Assembly (NCBI RefSeq): GCF_000421585.1
Contig: NZ_ATXH01000004.1
Span: 55,926-87,925 of the forward strand
DNA length: 32,000 nt
Reading direction: 5' to 3'
From: Thermodesulfatator atlanticus DSM 21156
GTDB taxonomy: Bacteria > Desulfobacterota > Thermodesulfobacteria > Thermodesulfobacteriales > Thermodesulfatatoraceae
Shown here: in pieces, positions 8,001 through 15,021 of the stretch
How positions within the stretch are numbered: the stretch's first letter is position 1
Layout of the letters: the number at the start of each line of letters is the position of its first letter
The notes under the pieces: generated by a model
Seen by the model: the letters and a program-made list of their open reading frames with translations, nothing else
The model's database searches: none
What the model was told of the DNA's origin: nothing
Program-made: the position numbers and the translations under genes

Positions 8001-9212
8001 GAAGACCAGCGGGTTATTTATCTTCCGTACATGTCTGACCACGTCTATGGACTTGCAGCGGTATTTCGTGCTTGCGGCGTGGATGCTGAGGTTCTCCCAG
8101 AGTCTGACGAAGAATCCCTTAAGCTCGGACGCCGTTACACTTCTGGCAAAGAGTGCTACCCCGCGGTGCTCACCACAGGCGATATGATAAAAATGCTTAA
8201 ACAGCCTGATTTTAACCCGAAACGTGCGGCCTTTTTTATGCCTTCTGGCTCAGGACCATGTCGTTTCGGCCAATATAACCGTCTTCACCGCAAAATACTC
8301 GACGAACTCGGTTATGAAGACGTGCCAATCTATTCGCCCACACAAAATTTCAAACTTTACCAAGAGCTTGGCATGATAGGAGGCGACTTCGTAAGGCTTT
8401 CCTGGAAAGTGTTGGTTTGTATCGATATTCTGGATAAGTTCTTACGCGAAATAAGACCTTATGAATTAAATCCCGGAGAGACTGAAAAGGTCTATCACGA
8501 GTGTCTTAAAAAACTCTGCAAAGCTGTAGAAGAGAGAAAAGATCTCTTGCGGGTGATGGAAGAGGCCCGTGAAGCCTTTAGCCAGATTCCTACAGAGGAC
8601 TTCGGACAAAAGCCTGTAGTGGGTATTGTGGGCGAAATCTATGTGCGCATGAATCGTTTTGCCAACGAAGACTTGATAAAAGTGCTTGAAGAGATGGGAG
8701 CGGAAGTCTGGCTTCCGCCTGTTTCTGAGTGGTTTTATTACATTAACTACACCTCAAAAAGATGGGCTAAGCGGCTTCGCAAATTCCGTGAACTCACCCG
8801 CCTTATTATAGAAAACCACGTGCAGGTGAAAGACGAACACCGGTTTGCAAGCCTGGTAAAAGATATTTTGCGCACAGCAGAAGACCCTTCCATTGACGAA
8901 ATACTTGGCCTTGCTCGCAAATACATAAACGACGAGTTTGAAGGCGAAGCTATTCTTTCTGTTGGGAAAAGTCTTGATTACCTCAAAAAAGGTGTAAACG
9001 GCATTATAAACGTTATCCCCTTTACCTGTATGCCGGGAACGGTGGTAGCCATGCTTCTCAAGCGGGTACGCGAAGAAAATGGCATGGTTCCTGTGCTCAC
9101 GGTTTCATGCGATGGGCAGCGCTCTATGGGAACGCGGATGAGGCTTGAGGCCTTTATGCACCAGGTAAAGGAACATTTTGCCGAACAAAAAGACAGGCGC
9201 AAGGCAGCCTAG
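5034..9212 (+). CDS. Fused protein with two BadF/BadG/BcrA/BcrD-type (2-hydroxyacyl-CoA dehydratase activator-like) ATPase modules plus large DUF2229/CoA-enzyme-activase-type C-terminal domains
   Basis: There are two acetate/sugar-kinase-fold repeats: YVGLDVGSGTAKVAV...DIGGEDSK...CAAGTGAFLE...RCTVFAKSD and YVGIDVGSVSTKLVA...EIGGQDSK...CAAGTGSFLE...RCTVFMQSD. These are followed by a Cys cluster CHACPNRC...C (6822-6902) and about 800 aa of the conserved C-terminal region. A strong SD (AGGAGG) precedes the ATG. Confidence 0.8.
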   Translation: MEYYVGLDVGSGTAKVAVLNEKREILFHAYEKTHGQPVETAERLLAQVEEKFGGKLTGLTCTGTAGKTISQILGVAFVNEVMAHARAVEHFHPEARTIIDIGGEDSKLVFISHEDGKFRIKDFALNTLCAAGTGAFLEQQAARLGYTIQEFSKLALKAENIPRIAGRCTVFAKSDMIHLQQAAVPDHEIIAGLCFAIVRNLKSNLAKGKKVLPPIVFQGGVAANFGVRRAIKEVFNLKEGELIIPEYHFIMGAIGAALYGLDGKFAAAYQGSNILKEYLKERKRSVKRLPKLGPYTVRTPKTETYFPKNASKLKIYVGIDVGSVSTKLVAINEEGKVIAKTYALHHGKPLESVKKGLLDLYGRLPKNFEIEVLGVGTTGSGRYLVGDFVGADVIRNEITAQAKAAAFIDPEVDTIIEIGGQDSKFIRLEKGTIVDFTMNKACAAGTGSFLEEQAVRLNVPIEEFGLYALKSEAPVEMGERCTVFMQSDLLHYQQQGLPKEDLIAGLCYAIVHNYLNKVVEGRKIGEKIFYQGATAFNAGIVAAFDKVLGKEIIVPPHHEVTGALGAALLAREETKGKSSFRGFDLSKVNYKIETFECHACPNRCEIRKVTIEESRPYFYGGRCEKYEVDHRKPPETLPNLVSEREAKLLSFLAQRDDAKRGEIGLPRMLFNFERLPFFATLLQELGFKVVVSDPTNKKLINEGCEIVAAETCFPVKVAHGHVLNLLEKGIKKIFVPYIVDLPSDHPALGSGKICPYVQSVAAAFEASINLKEHGAEILAPVFHFGTGGKVLEKEKKELARLLDVPERKLRKAWEQAEAAQKEFDSWLKSRGREILASLKPDEVALVIVGRPYNAFDPGANLAIHNKIRSLGVLGIPVDMLPLHEIKELDGLEDMYWRYGQRILLAAHFIRKHPSLYPIFLTNFSCGPDSFIIHFFEELLGGKPFLELEIDEHSADAGVVTRIEAFLDSVRGKKISPERPVKPHRKRVKPEDQRVIYLPYMSDHVYGLAAVFRACGVDAEVLPESDEESLKLGRRYTSGKECYPAVLTTGDMIKMLKQPDFNPKRAAFFMPSGSGPCRFGQYNRLHRKILDELGYEDVPIYSPTQNFKLYQELGMIGGDFVRLSWKVLVCIDILDKFLREIRPYELNPGETEKVYHECLKKLCKAVEERKDLLRVMEEAREAFSQIPTEDFGQKPVVGIVGEIYVRMNRFANEDLIKVLEEMGAEVWLPPVSEWFYYINYTSKRWAKRLRKFRELTRLIIENHVQVKDEHRFASLVKDILRTAEDPSIDEILGLARKYINDEFEGEAILSVGKSLDYLKKGVNGIINVIPFTCMPGTVVAMLLKRVREENGMVPVLTVSCDGQRSMGTRMRLEAFMHQVKEHFAEQKDRRKAA

Positions 9213-9268
9213 CAAACAAACGAAGGCATGCTATACTTGGCCAAAAGTCCGTCAAGGGAGAAAGTTAG

Positions 9269-9868
9269 GTGCGTATTAAACATTGGATGGTCAAAGACGT
9301 AATCACCATTTCGCCAGACGCCACCATTGAAGAAGCAGTGCAATTGATGAAAAAACATTCCATTCGTCATCTGCCCGTGATGGAAGACGATGAACTGGTA
9401 GGCCTGGTAACAGAAAGCAGCATCCGCCAGTACACCCTTCCTTCTCTTATGGAAACACTTCCTGTGCGAGAAGTAATGATTATCAATCCTGTCACCGTAG
9501 ATGCGGAAGCCACTATTGATGAGGCAGCCAAGTTGATACACCGTTACAAAATAGGCGGGCTTCCAGTAACCCACGGTGGCAAGCTGGTTGGTATCATAAC
9601 GGTGACTGATTTGCTAGAAGCTTTTATTGAGCTCATGGGCATTTTGCGCTCAAGTTCACGCATTGATGTTATTCCTGCGGAAAACAAAAGCTTCGAAGAG
9701 GTGCTTGACATTATTCGTCATCACGGCGGGCGCATTATTTCCGTGGGCATGGATGTCCATTCCTCAGGCGAAAAGATTTACTACATACGTCTTGAAAAGT
9801 GCCCTTTAGACCCTATTGCAGCTGCCCTTGAACTAGCAGGGCATCAAATTATTTCATTGGTGGAATAG
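9269..9868 (+). CDS. CBS-pair protein with C-terminal ACT-like domain (AcuB-like)
   Basis: There are two CBS motifs (VKDVITISPDATIEEAVQLMKKHSIRHLPV, VREVMIINPVTVDAEATIDEAAKLIHRYKIGGLPV). The ~70-aa tail (RIDVIPAENKSFEEVLDIIRHHGGRIISV) has an ACT-like pattern. GTG start, with GGGAG upstream. Confidence 0.75.
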   Translation: MRIKHWMVKDVITISPDATIEEAVQLMKKHSIRHLPVMEDDELVGLVTESSIRQYTLPSLMETLPVREVMIINPVTVDAEATIDEAAKLIHRYKIGGLPVTHGGKLVGIITVTDLLEAFIELMGILRSSSRIDVIPAENKSFEEVLDIIRHHGGRIISVGMDVHSSGEKIYYIRLEKCPLDPIAAALELAGHQIISLVE

Positions 9869-9876
9869 GAGGACAC

Positions 9877-11061
9877 ATGGCTTTTAAAGTAAAAAAGACC
9901 ATCGACGAAATCAATGAAAAGATCAAGCGTGGTGAGGCCGTAGTAGTTACTGCGGAAGAAATGGTAAAAATAGTAAAAGACGTAGGCCCAACGGAAGCCG
10001 CTGCCGAAGTTGACGTAGTGACCACGGGCACTTTTGCTCCCATGTGTTCCTCTGGAGCTTTTATAAACTTTGGACATTCCACCCCTGCCATCAAAGCCCA
10101 CCGTGTCTGGCTAAACGGTGTCCCGGCATATGCCGGCATTGCCGCGGTGGATATCTATATCGGCGCAACAGAGCCTTGCGAAGACGATCCTTTGAACAAG
10201 GTCTATCCTGGAGAATTCCGCTATGGTGGAGGCCACGTTATTCAAGATCTGGTTGCCGGAAAAACCGTATATTTACGTGCTACAGCGTATGGCACCCATT
10301 GCTATCCACGCAAATACCTAGAAAAAGAAATCACCTTAAAAGACCTCCCCTATGCCCTTTTATGTAATCCTCGTAATGCCTATCAAAATTACAACTGCGC
10401 TATTAACCTCTCCGACAAAACGATTTACACCTACATGGGCATCTTACGCCCTAAAGCGGGCAACGCGAACTATGCTACTTCTGGAGAGCTATCTCCCTTG
10501 TTTAAAGATCCCTATCTCCGTACCATCGGTGTGGGTACCCGCATTTTCCTTGGAGGCGGCGTAGGCTACGTAGCCTGGGCCGGAACCCAGTGTAATTTCA
10601 AAGTGCCGCGCACGGAAAAAGGCGCTCCTCTTTCGCCAGCAGCCACCCTTATGGTCTATGGCGATTTGAAACAAATGTCTTCTGAATGGCTGGTGGGAGT
10701 TAGCATCCTTGGCTATGGTTGCTCGCTGGCAGTGGGTGTAGGTGTGCCTATCCCAATCCTAAACGAAGAAGTCGCTGCCTTTGCCGGGCTTTCTGACGAA
10801 GAACTTTTTACGCAAGTAGTTGACTACGCCCACGACTATCCCAACGGAATCAAACGCTCCTACGGAACAGTAAGCTATGCCGAACTTAAAAGCGGTAAAA
10901 TAAAAGTCCTTGATAAGGAGATCCCTACGGTTCCGCTTTCAAGTATGGTCAAAGCGCGTAAAATCGCTAACATCTTAAAGACCTGGATAAAAGAAAAGAA
11001 CTTCTTGTTAACAGAGCCTCAAGCGCCGTTTCCAGGCACAGAGCTTTATCCGTTTCGTTAG
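9877..11061 (+). CDS. COG1900 / DUF39 homocysteine-biosynthesis (aspartate-semialdehyde sulfurtransferase-type) protein
   Basis: The N-terminus KKTIDEINEKIKRGEAVVVTAEEM, then VDVVTTGTF, NGVPAYAG.AAVDIYIGAT and GGGHVIQDLV are characteristic of the DUF39 family as I recall it. SD AGGAGG lies 5 nt upstream. Confidence 0.8.
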   Translation: MAFKVKKTIDEINEKIKRGEAVVVTAEEMVKIVKDVGPTEAAAEVDVVTTGTFAPMCSSGAFINFGHSTPAIKAHRVWLNGVPAYAGIAAVDIYIGATEPCEDDPLNKVYPGEFRYGGGHVIQDLVAGKTVYLRATAYGTHCYPRKYLEKEITLKDLPYALLCNPRNAYQNYNCAINLSDKTIYTYMGILRPKAGNANYATSGELSPLFKDPYLRTIGVGTRIFLGGGVGYVAWAGTQCNFKVPRTEKGAPLSPAATLMVYGDLKQMSSEWLVGVSILGYGCSLAVGVGVPIPILNEEVAAFAGLSDEELFTQVVDYAHDYPNGIKRSYGTVSYAELKSGKIKVLDKEIPTVPLSSMVKARKIANILKTWIKEKNFLLTEPQAPFPGTELYPFR

Positions 11062-11858
11062 TGAGTGAGCTTAAAGCCAAGTTAAAGCGGCTGGAAAACC
11101 TCTTAAAAGGCCTTGGCCAAGTTTCCGTAGCTCTTTCTGGGGGTCTTGATAGTGGTGTGTTGCTGTTGCTGGCCAAAGATTCTCTAGGCCGTAAAAACGT
11201 CTTGGCGCTCACCTGTGCTTCGGAAATAATGCCATCATCTGATCTTGCCCAGGCAAGGATGTTAGCCCTTAAGGCAGGCGTAAGACACCTTGTTTTGCCC
11301 TTTGACCACCTGGCTTTAGAAGCCTTTAAAATTAATCCTCCTGAACGCTGCTATTTTTGTAAGAAAGCTATGTTTTCTTTCTTCTTGGAAAAAAGCCCCT
11401 ACCCCCTTATCGACGGAAGCCAGGTAGATGACCTGAAAGAAGAAAGACCAGGACTTAAAGCGCTAAACGAGCTAAAAATACTCTCGCCCCTTAAAGAAGC
11501 CGGTTTAAACAAAAAAGATTTGCGTAAATTGGCTCGCTCCTACGGGTTAACTTCATATAAAAAAGCAGCTTCCCCATGTCTTGCCACGCGTTTTTTAACA
11601 GGTGAGCCCATAACCAAAGAAGGCCTGGCCAAAGTGGCAAAAGCTGAAGCTTATCTTAATGCCCTGGGGTTTTCCTTATGCCGCGTGCGCATAAAAGAAA
11701 ACCTGTGTATCATTCAGGTTTATCCCCAAGAAAGCGAAAAAATTCTAAGTTATCAACAGAATATCCTGGAAACATTTAAAAACATAGGATTTAAGAAGAT
11801 ATTAATTGACCTTGAAGGTTATAAACCCCCGCTTAAGCCTGGTTATTCCAGGTCGTAA
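11061..11858 (+). CDS. PP-loop ATP pyrophosphatase, LarE-like sulfur transferase (TIGR00268/COG1606 type), three-Cys variant
   Basis: SGGLDS PP-loop (11136-11153), CYFC (Cys97/Cys100, 11349-11360) and SPCLATRF (Cys173, 11577-11579). The GTG start shares one nt with the COG1900 TAG stop (TAGTG). Confidence 0.75.
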   Translation: MSELKAKLKRLENLLKGLGQVSVALSGGLDSGVLLLLAKDSLGRKNVLALTCASEIMPSSDLAQARMLALKAGVRHLVLPFDHLALEAFKINPPERCYFCKKAMFSFFLEKSPYPLIDGSQVDDLKEERPGLKALNELKILSPLKEAGLNKKDLRKLARSYGLTSYKKAASPCLATRFLTGEPITKEGLAKVAKAEAYLNALGFSLCRVRIKENLCIIQVYPQESEKILSYQQNILETFKNIGFKKILIDLEGYKPPLKPGYSRS

Positions 11859-12715
11859 GACCAGATGGGAAGGATGTCTTTTTTGTGTAATTCTTCTTCG
11901 ATAGAGGGTGGAAAATCGTGAGCTACAAAGATTTTAAAGACAGGAAGCCCTTCTTTTTCTGCAAGGGACTTACACAACTTTTCAAAACGCGAGATTTCTT
12001 TTTTAGAAGGTCTGACTTTGGCTTCGCCAAGGATAAGTACCCTTTCGCCATTGAGCTTGGCATAGCCGTAGATATTTAGCTGCCTTTCTTTCCCGCGGAC
12101 TTTGACGTACTTTCTTAACAGGCGATCTTCTACTTTTAATCCATATTTTGAAAGTATGCCTGGCAAGGCCTTATAAGCGCGGTTCTCAAGGGTGTAGCCC
12201 ACGGTATCAGAAAGCCCTTCTACACGTTCTTCCAGGCGGTCAAGCCTTTTAAGTGCCCCGCGCAATACTTCTTCGGTCTTCTTCTGGGCTTCGGCGAGCT
12301 CGTTAAGCCGCTCTTCGGTCTTCTTCTGGGCTTCGGCAAGCTCGTTAAGCCGCTCCTCGGTCTTCTTCTGGGCTTCTGCGAGTTCGTTGAGCCGCTCTTC
12401 GGTCTTCTTCTGGGCTTCTGCGAGTTCGTTGAGCCGCTCTTCGGTTCTCTTCTGGGCTTCAGCAAGCTCGTTTAGCCGCTTTTCGGTCTTCTTCTGGGCT
12501 TCGGCTAATTCGTTAATAGCCTGCCAAACACGACGGAAGTTTTCTTCTGTTCTTTCTGCAAAGGCTTCGAATCTCTTTTCAAAGGCCTCAAAATCTTTCT
12601 TGGTAAGACGCTCACCGAGTTCTTTGTCAATAAGGCCAAAAAACTCCGCAAGGGGTTCTCTCAGCTCAGGCGGGACTTTTTCAAGAATTTTCAGCAAACG
12701 GAGTTCGACATCCAT
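11843..12715 (-). CDS. Coiled-coil repeat protein with C-terminal PD-(D/E)xK-like (possibly DUF3782-like) domain
   Basis: Six consecutive 14-aa units (R)LNELAEAQKKTEE(R), each two heptads. The C-terminal ~130 aa carry LENRAY...QLNIYGYA...VLILGEAKVR, which resembles a restriction-endonuclease-fold E...D/N...ExK layout. The family name is recalled, not verified. Confidence 0.55.
   Translation of the reverse strand: MDVELRLLKILEKVPPELREPLAEFFGLIDKELGERLTKKDFEAFEKRFEAFAERTEENFRRVWQAINELAEAQKKTEKRLNELAEAQKRTEERLNELAEAQKKTEERLNELAEAQKKTEERLNELAEAQKKTEERLNELAEAQKKTEEVLRGALKRLDRLEERVEGLSDTVGYTLENRAYKALPGILSKYGLKVEDRLLRKYVKVRGKERQLNIYGYAKLNGERVLILGEAKVRPSKKEISRFEKLCKSLAEKEGLPVFKIFVAHDFPPSIEEELHKKDILPIWSYDLE
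12269..12520. repeat. Tandem repeat, 6 x 42 bp, in frame within the CDS 11843-12715
   Basis: Units at 12269, 12311, 12353, 12395, 12437 and 12479 (consensus CTCTTCGGTCTTCTTCTGGGCTTCGGCGAGCTCGTTAAGCCG on the + strand). Units 1/2 and 3/4 are near-identical pairs, and most differences are synonymous. Confidence 0.95.
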
Positions 12716-12740
12716 ATTCCAAAATTTAGCATAATTTGTT

Positions 12741-13958
12741 TTAAAGGGCTATTATTTTCAAAAATCTCTTTTTACCAACCCGCAGCACGTATTCTTTGCC
12801 CGCATCAAGGCTTATTTCCTCTGAAGAAACTTTTTCACCATTAAGGTGAATGCCTCCCTGAGAAATCAGCCTGCGTGCCTCTGAGGCGCTTTTTACCAGG
12901 CCCTGCTCTTTGAGAAAGCGCGGAAGATAAAGTTCTTTTGCTTCTGTCTTGACCTCTGGCATATCATCGGGCACACCGCCTTTGGCAAACACCTTTTCAA
13001 ACTCCTGGGCAGCCTTTTCAGCGGCGCGAGGGCTGTGATACCGGGCGACTATTTCTTTAGCAAGCTGCATCTTAAGGTCCTTGGGATTAATCTTCCCTTG
13101 AGCGGTTTCCTCTTTCCACCTGGCTATTTGTTCAAGGGGAACATCAGTTAAAAGTTCGTAATAGCGCCACATGAGCTCATCACTAATAGACATAATTTTG
13201 CCGAACATTTCTTGGGGAGGCTCGGTAATACCAACATAATTGCCGAGCGATTTGCTCATTTTCTGTACCCCGTCGAGACCCTCAAGAATAGGCACCGTAA
13301 TAATGACCTGGGGCTCTTGGCCGTATTCACGCTGGATATCGCGCCCTACAAGGAGGTTGAAAAGCTGGTCAGTGCCCCCAAGCTCTACATCAGCCTTAAG
13401 GGCTACAGAGTCGTAAGCCTGTATCAAAGGATAAATTAACTCGTGAATGCCAATGGGGCGGCCGGTTTCAAAACGTTTTTTGAAGTCTTCCCTTTCAAGG
13501 ATGCGCGCCACGGTGTATTTGGCGCACAAACGAATAAAATCTTCGGCATTGAACTTGGACATCCACTCGCTGTTAAAAACCACTTTGGTTTTAGCTTCAT
13601 CAAGGATTTTGAAAACCTGTTCAGCGTAAGTCTTGGCGTTTTCCAGAACCTGCTCACGGGTAAGGGGCGGACGTGTTTCTGAACGCCCAGAAGGATCACC
13701 GATCATCGCCGTAAAGTCACCAATAAGAAAATAAACTTCGTGGCCAAGGTCCTGAAAATGGCGCATCTTGCGCAGAAGAACCGTATGACCAAGATGAAGA
13801 TCAGGGGCCGTGGGGTCAAAACCCGCTTTTATCCGCAGGGGGGTGCCTGTTTCCTGAGAACGTTTAAGTTTTGCAAGGAGTTCTTTTTCCTCGATAATAT
13901 CAACGGTTCCGCGTTTAAGGTATTCAAGTTGCTCTTCAGGGGTCATTTTAGACGCCAT
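12741..13958 (-). CDS. tyrS: Tyrosyl-tRNA synthetase (with C-terminal S4 domain)
   Basis: HLGHTV (HIGH), KMSKSLGN (KMSKS), and an S4-like tail [21 protein letters not shown]. The start is set at 13958 (AGGAGGcaagaaATG, MASKMTPEE). The longer track ORF to 14078 would overlap hypE. Confidence 0.93.
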   Translation of the reverse strand: MASKMTPEEQLEYLKRGTVDIIEEKELLAKLKRSQETGTPLRIKAGFDPTAPDLHLGHTVLLRKMRHFQDLGHEVYFLIGDFTAMIGDPSGRSETRPPLTREQVLENAKTYAEQVFKILDEAKTKVVFNSEWMSKFNAEDFIRLCAKYTVARILEREDFKKRFETGRPIGIHELIYPLIQAYDSVALKADVELGGTDQLFNLLVGRDIQREYGQEPQVIITVPILEGLDGVQKMSKSLGNYVGITEPPQEMFGKIMSISDELMWRYYELLTDVPLEQIARWKEETAQGKINPKDLKMQLAKEIVARYHSPRAAEKAAQEFEKVFAKGGVPDDMPEVKTEAKELYLPRFLKEQGLVKSASEARRLISQGGIHLNGEKVSSEEISLDAGKEYVLRVGKKRFLKIIAL

Positions 13959-14019
13959 TTCTTGCCTCCTCGTTTGATTAGGCTTCCAAAAATAACGCAA
14001 GGAGGCGTAGGTGCAAGGA

Positions 14020-15021
14020 CTAACAAATACGTGGAAGGGGCTCACCACTAAGTGGAGGAACAGGGCGTTTTCCCCCAAAAGTTGTTTGTAGGTAAAGGCC
14101 TTGCGGCGAAGCCACCACCTCGCCTATTTCAGCGGCACCCTGGCATTCGTCAAACTGCCGTAAGAACCTGACTATCTCTCCTGAGAAGGAAGCCTCACAA
14201 ACCAGGACAAAACGCCCCTCAGAGGCCAGGTACAAGGGATCTAAGCCAAGGATTTCACACCCGGCCTTAACCTGTGGCCTTATGGGAATCTTTTCTTCAT
14301 AAAGGAAGATCCCCTTTTGCGAAGCCTGAGAGAATTCGTGAAGCACTGAAGCCAGGCCACCTCGGGTGGGATCGCGCATTACCCGCACGGCATCTTTGAA
14401 TTCTTTTAAAAGCGCAGCACATACGTGATTTAAGGCCTGGGAATCACTTTTTAAGCCTTCCAGGCCCAAATTTTCTCGTGCGGCAAGGACCGCAAGGCCA
14501 TGATCTGCAATAGGCCCAGAAACAATTACCTTATCGCCTTCTTTTATATGGCAGGGATCAAGAGAGACTCCCTGAGGTATTAACCCTATGCCTGTGGTGT
14601 TTATATAAACTTTATCTCCTTTGCCCCGGGGGACTACTTTGGTGTCTCCACAAACAATTTCTACCCCTGCCTTTTTAGCTGCCTCTGCCATAGAGGCGGC
14701 TATTTTTTTAAGTTCGTCAAGCAAAAGGCCTTCTTCAAGAATAAAGGCCGCTGAAAGATAAAGGGGCCGCGCCCCCACCATGGCCAGGTCGTTAACCGTG
14801 CCGTGGACCGCAAGGGAACCAATGTTTCCGCCAGGAAAAAAAATCGGATCAACTACAAAGCTGTCTGTGGTGAAGGCAAGGTTATTGCTTTCAAACGAAA
14901 GGACTGCACTATCAAGCAGAGGAACTTTTTTAAAACAAGCTAAAAAAACTTCCTTTATAAGGCGCTCGGTGGCCTTACCGCCGCTTCCATGTTCAAGGAG
15001 AATGATTTCGTCTATTCCCAT
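14020..15021 (-). CDS. hypE: Hydrogenase maturation protein HypE (carbamoyl dehydratase)
   Basis: PurM-superfamily fold with an N-terminal LEHGSGG motif and the diagnostic C-terminal ...PLPRIC. The start is set at the ATG 15021 ([15 protein letters not shown]). No other hyp genes are in the window. Confidence 0.85.
   Translation of the reverse strand: MGIDEIILLEHGSGGKATERLIKEVFLACFKKVPLLDSAVLSFESNNLAFTTDSFVVDPIFFPGGNIGSLAVHGTVNDLAMVGARPLYLSAAFILEEGLLLDELKKIAASMAEAAKKAGVEIVCGDTKVVPRGKGDKVYINTTGIGLIPQGVSLDPCHIKEGDKVIVSGPIADHGLAVLAARENLGLEGLKSDSQALNHVCAALLKEFKDAVRVMRDPTRGGLASVLHEFSQASQKGIFLYEEKIPIRPQVKAGCEILGLDPLYLASEGRFVLVCEASFSGEIVRFLRQFDECQGAAEIGEVVASPQGLYLQTTFGGKRPVPPLSGEPLPRIC

Noticed and set aside
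7200-8042. A 280-aa antisense ORF inside the activase gene. Other long shadow ORFs include 6402-6923 (-), 4305-4742 (-), 30801-31295 (+), 12387-12734 (+), 28057-28350 (+) and 20491-20796 (+)
   Set aside because: Each lies entirely within and antisense to, or out of frame with, a CDS that has clear family motifs. Their translations are low-complexity or compositionally biased (Ser/Phe/Lys-rich mirrors of Glu/Lys-rich genes), and they have no SD.
12269-12520. A regular 42-bp periodic repeat that could be mistaken for a CRISPR array or a minisatellite
   Set aside because: The units are directly adjacent with no spacers. They lie in frame inside a long ORF, encode a heptad-compatible 14-aa motif, and differ mainly at synonymous sites. 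No cas genes are nearby.
13959-14019. Looked for leader RNAs in three places: a T-box upstream of tyrS, a purine riboswitch upstream of hpt (25422-25603) and a cobalamin riboswitch upstream of cobU (16707-16753)
   Set aside because: The tyrS and cobU leaders are only about 60 and 47 nt, too short for those RNAs. The hpt leader lacks the conserved purine-riboswitch junction sequences as I recall them.
13959-14078. An N-terminal 40-aa extension of the tyrS ORF (track start 14078)
   Set aside because: The extension overlaps the hypE 3' end and has no TyrRS similarity. The internal ATG at 13958 has a perfect AGGAGG SD 6 nt upstream.
14020-15021. Alternative PurM-superfamily identities for this ORF (selenophosphate synthetase SelD, ThiL, PurM)
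   Set aside because: The C-terminal PRIC and the N-terminal HGSGG are HypE hallmarks. There is no SelD-type N-terminal Cys/Sec-Gly-rich loop.
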